This document shows positions 62,761 to 64,000 of a stretch of DNA of 64,000 nt, piece by piece (positions within the stretch are counted from its first letter, which is position 1; every line of letters starts with the position of its first letter). The stretch comes from Gemmatimonadales bacterium (GTDB taxonomy: Bacteria > Gemmatimonadota > Gemmatimonadetes > Gemmatimonadales > JACORV01). The stretch is from contig DATJUT010000112.1 of NCBI GenBank assembly GCA_035502185.1, positions 30,942 to 94,941 of the forward strand. The letters run 5' to 3'. The notes below the pieces were generated by a model. That model was not told the origin of the DNA. It was given only the letters and a program-made list of their open reading frames with translations, and did not search any database. Position numbers and translations under genes: made by a program.

Positions 62761-63741
62761 TCACTCCTCCGGCGGACCGCCGGCGCTCGCCAGCTGGTCG
62801 GCCTTGATCTTGGATGGGTCGAACTTGAGCGCGGACGCGAGCATCCGGTCCACCGTCTCGTCGAACTCGGCCTTCGCGCCGCGCTGGAATCGCAGCGGGT
62901 TGATGCGCGCCACGACGAACGCCTTGAGGTAGGGGCTCTCGAACCCGCGGCTCTTGAGCGCCTTCACGGCGTCGTTCACCGCGCCGTCGAGCGCGATGAG
63001 CTTGTCGGCGCGCTCCCGCCGGGTCGCCAGCGTCTTCGAGAGCTTGTGGGGCAGGAACGCCTCCACCCGCTTCAGCACCGGGTGGTACGCGCCGCCCGCG
63101 AACCGGCCGTCCTGCCGGTAGCACAGCCCGAGCGTGAGCAGCGCGGGCTCCTCGAACTCGGTCTCGAACTCCGCCTCCGGACGGTCGTCGAGCGCCACCA
63201 GCGCCTCGGCGAGGCGACTCACCTCCAGCGCCTTCTCGCGCAGGTTGTGTGCCTTCTCCGTATTGAGCGCGAGGATCCGCCGCGCCACCTCCACCTCGGG
63301 CACCACCAGAGCCGTGACCGAGCGCGCGCCGAGACGCTTGAGCGCCGCCAGGCGGTGGTGCCCGTTCGGCGTCCAGTAGCCGCCGGCGCCCGCCGGCACG
63401 GCGATGATCGGATCGAGGTAGCGGCCGAGGCGGTCGATCGCGGAGGTCAACCGCGCCACGTGCGCGTCCGACAGGTCGCGCTGGTAGGGTGTGGGCTCGA
63501 CCTTCGCGACCGGAAGGCCGGCCAGCACCTGCCAGTGCCCGCCCAGCGGATCGCGGAACACCGCGAGCACGGCGCCGCCGTCGGCTCGGATCGTCTCGGC
63601 GAGCGCCGCCGCCGCGCTGCCGGGCGCGCCCGCGGCCAGCTCCCCGGCGGGGATGCCGCGCGAGTCCGGCTCCGCCTTCTTCCGCCGGCGGGTGCCCTTC
63701 GCCGCCTTGTCCTTCCTGGCCTTCTCCTTCTTCTCCGCCAC
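62761..63741 (-). CDS. ParB/Sulfiredoxin-fold (ParB-like nuclease domain) protein with Lys-rich N-terminus
   Basis: Sequence reads ...YQRDLSDAHVARLTSAIDRLGRYLDPIIAV...TPNGHHRLAALKRLG.... GTG at 63741 is preceded by GGAGG. The longer track N-terminus is Arg-rich and doubtful. Confidence 0.6.
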   Translation of the reverse strand: MAEKKEKARKDKAAKGTRRRKKAEPDSRGIPAGELAAGAPGSAAAALAETIRADGGAVLAVFRDPLGGHWQVLAGLPVAKVEPTPYQRDLSDAHVARLTSAIDRLGRYLDPIIAVPAGAGGYWTPNGHHRLAALKRLGARSVTALVVPEVEVARRILALNTEKAHNLREKALEVSRLAEALVALDDRPEAEFETEFEEPALLTLGLCYRQDGRFAGGAYHPVLKRVEAFLPHKLSKTLATRRERADKLIALDGAVNDAVKALKSRGFESPYLKAFVVARINPLRFQRGAKAEFDETVDRMLASALKFDPSKIKADQLASAGGPPEE

Positions 63742-63870
63742 GCGCCCCTCCGCGCCGACCGGCTCGGGCCTCCCGAATGCCGCCGATGACAGTCCCGTGG
63801 TGCCAGCACATAATACAGGCCGGCCGCGACGGCGCCAACGCGCCGCAGCCGGCGAGGAGAGCACGAGAGC

Positions 63871-64000
63871 ATGAGCCAGGCGCCGGATCCGCAGACCCCG
63901 CGCAGCGCGAGCGCCCCCGGCGCGACCGCCGTGCTCGACGCCAGCGGGCTCCGCAAGGCGTACGGGAGCGTGGTGGCGGTGGACGGGATCTCGTTCCGGG
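63871..64000 (+). CDS. ABC transporter ATP-binding protein, N-terminal fragment (runs off window)
   Basis: The ATG is preceded by GAGGAGA. Sequence MSQAPDPQTPRSASAPGATAVLDASGLRKAYGSVVAVDGISFR is a typical ABC ATPase beginning. Confidence 0.7.
   Translation, partial: MSQAPDPQTPRSASAPGATAVLDASGLRKAYGSVVAVDGISFR

Overview
This is a very GC-rich bacterial chromosomal segment. Third codon positions are almost always G/C. Both strands carry long Arg/Ala/Gly/Pro-rich shadow ORFs, so the six-frame track over-calls heavily. Many listed ORFs are antisense or out-of-frame artefacts, or have N-termini that are too long. I support about 55 protein genes, one tRNA-Ile(GAT), several hairpin terminators and three small repeat families.

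Gene content, left to right:
- GT9 glycosyltransferase, lepA, DUF72, M28 peptidase and a DUF4384-like secreted protein, all on the minus strand.
- A DUF58 plus BatA-like vWA pair, then mfd.
- Two parvulin/SurA-like PPIases followed by pdxA, then a CNNM/TlyC-type protein and a CDF exporter.
- typA followed by a translationally coupled, very acidic small protein, then tRNA-Ile.
- A BlaI-family repressor plus an M56 BlaR1-like protease carrying two TonB-C domains.
- DUF2911, a Tat-signal class-V PLP enzyme, a membrane protein and a large beta-lactamase-fold serine hydrolase.
- Pirin, a PAS/GAF hybrid histidine kinase, a second M28 peptidase and ribokinase.
- A lipoprotein, DUF445 and a LigB-type dioxygenase.
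- A degenerate histidine-kinase-like protein directly upstream of an expanded kdp locus: micro-ORF, kdpF, kdpA, kdpB, kdpC, putative outer-membrane beta-barrel, GNAT, kdpD, kdpE.
- MarR plus a Pal/OmpA-like lipoprotein, then a CPA2 antiporter.
- A cytochrome b plus Mo-oxidoreductase pair and a second DUF2911.
- A GH15 hydrolase coupled to a fused OtsA-OtsB, then an SDR.
- A cyclophilin lipoprotein coupled to a ParB/Srx-like protein, and the start of an ABC ATPase.

I saw no rRNA, CRISPR array, transposase, integrase, phage gene or recognisable defence or toxin-antitoxin module. I cannot point to one clear novel system.

The observations I consider most worth follow-up are:
1. An in-frame insertion of a G-rich palindromic repeat inside typA. 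It is related to an intergenic GGGTGTC repeat elsewhere in the window.
2. A GTGAG/CTCAC palindromic repeat family at three gene 3' ends. It supplies the stop codons of convergent genes.
3. A 3 x 22-bp tandem repeat that places TGA in all three frames.
4. The non-canonical extras around the kdp operon: a pseudokinase, an untracked 38-codon TM micro-ORF overlapping kdpF, a beta-barrel and a GNAT.
5. The BlaI / M56-TonB-C sensor pair with two dyad operators.

A Gemmatimonadota-like origin is only my guess from the gene families and base composition.
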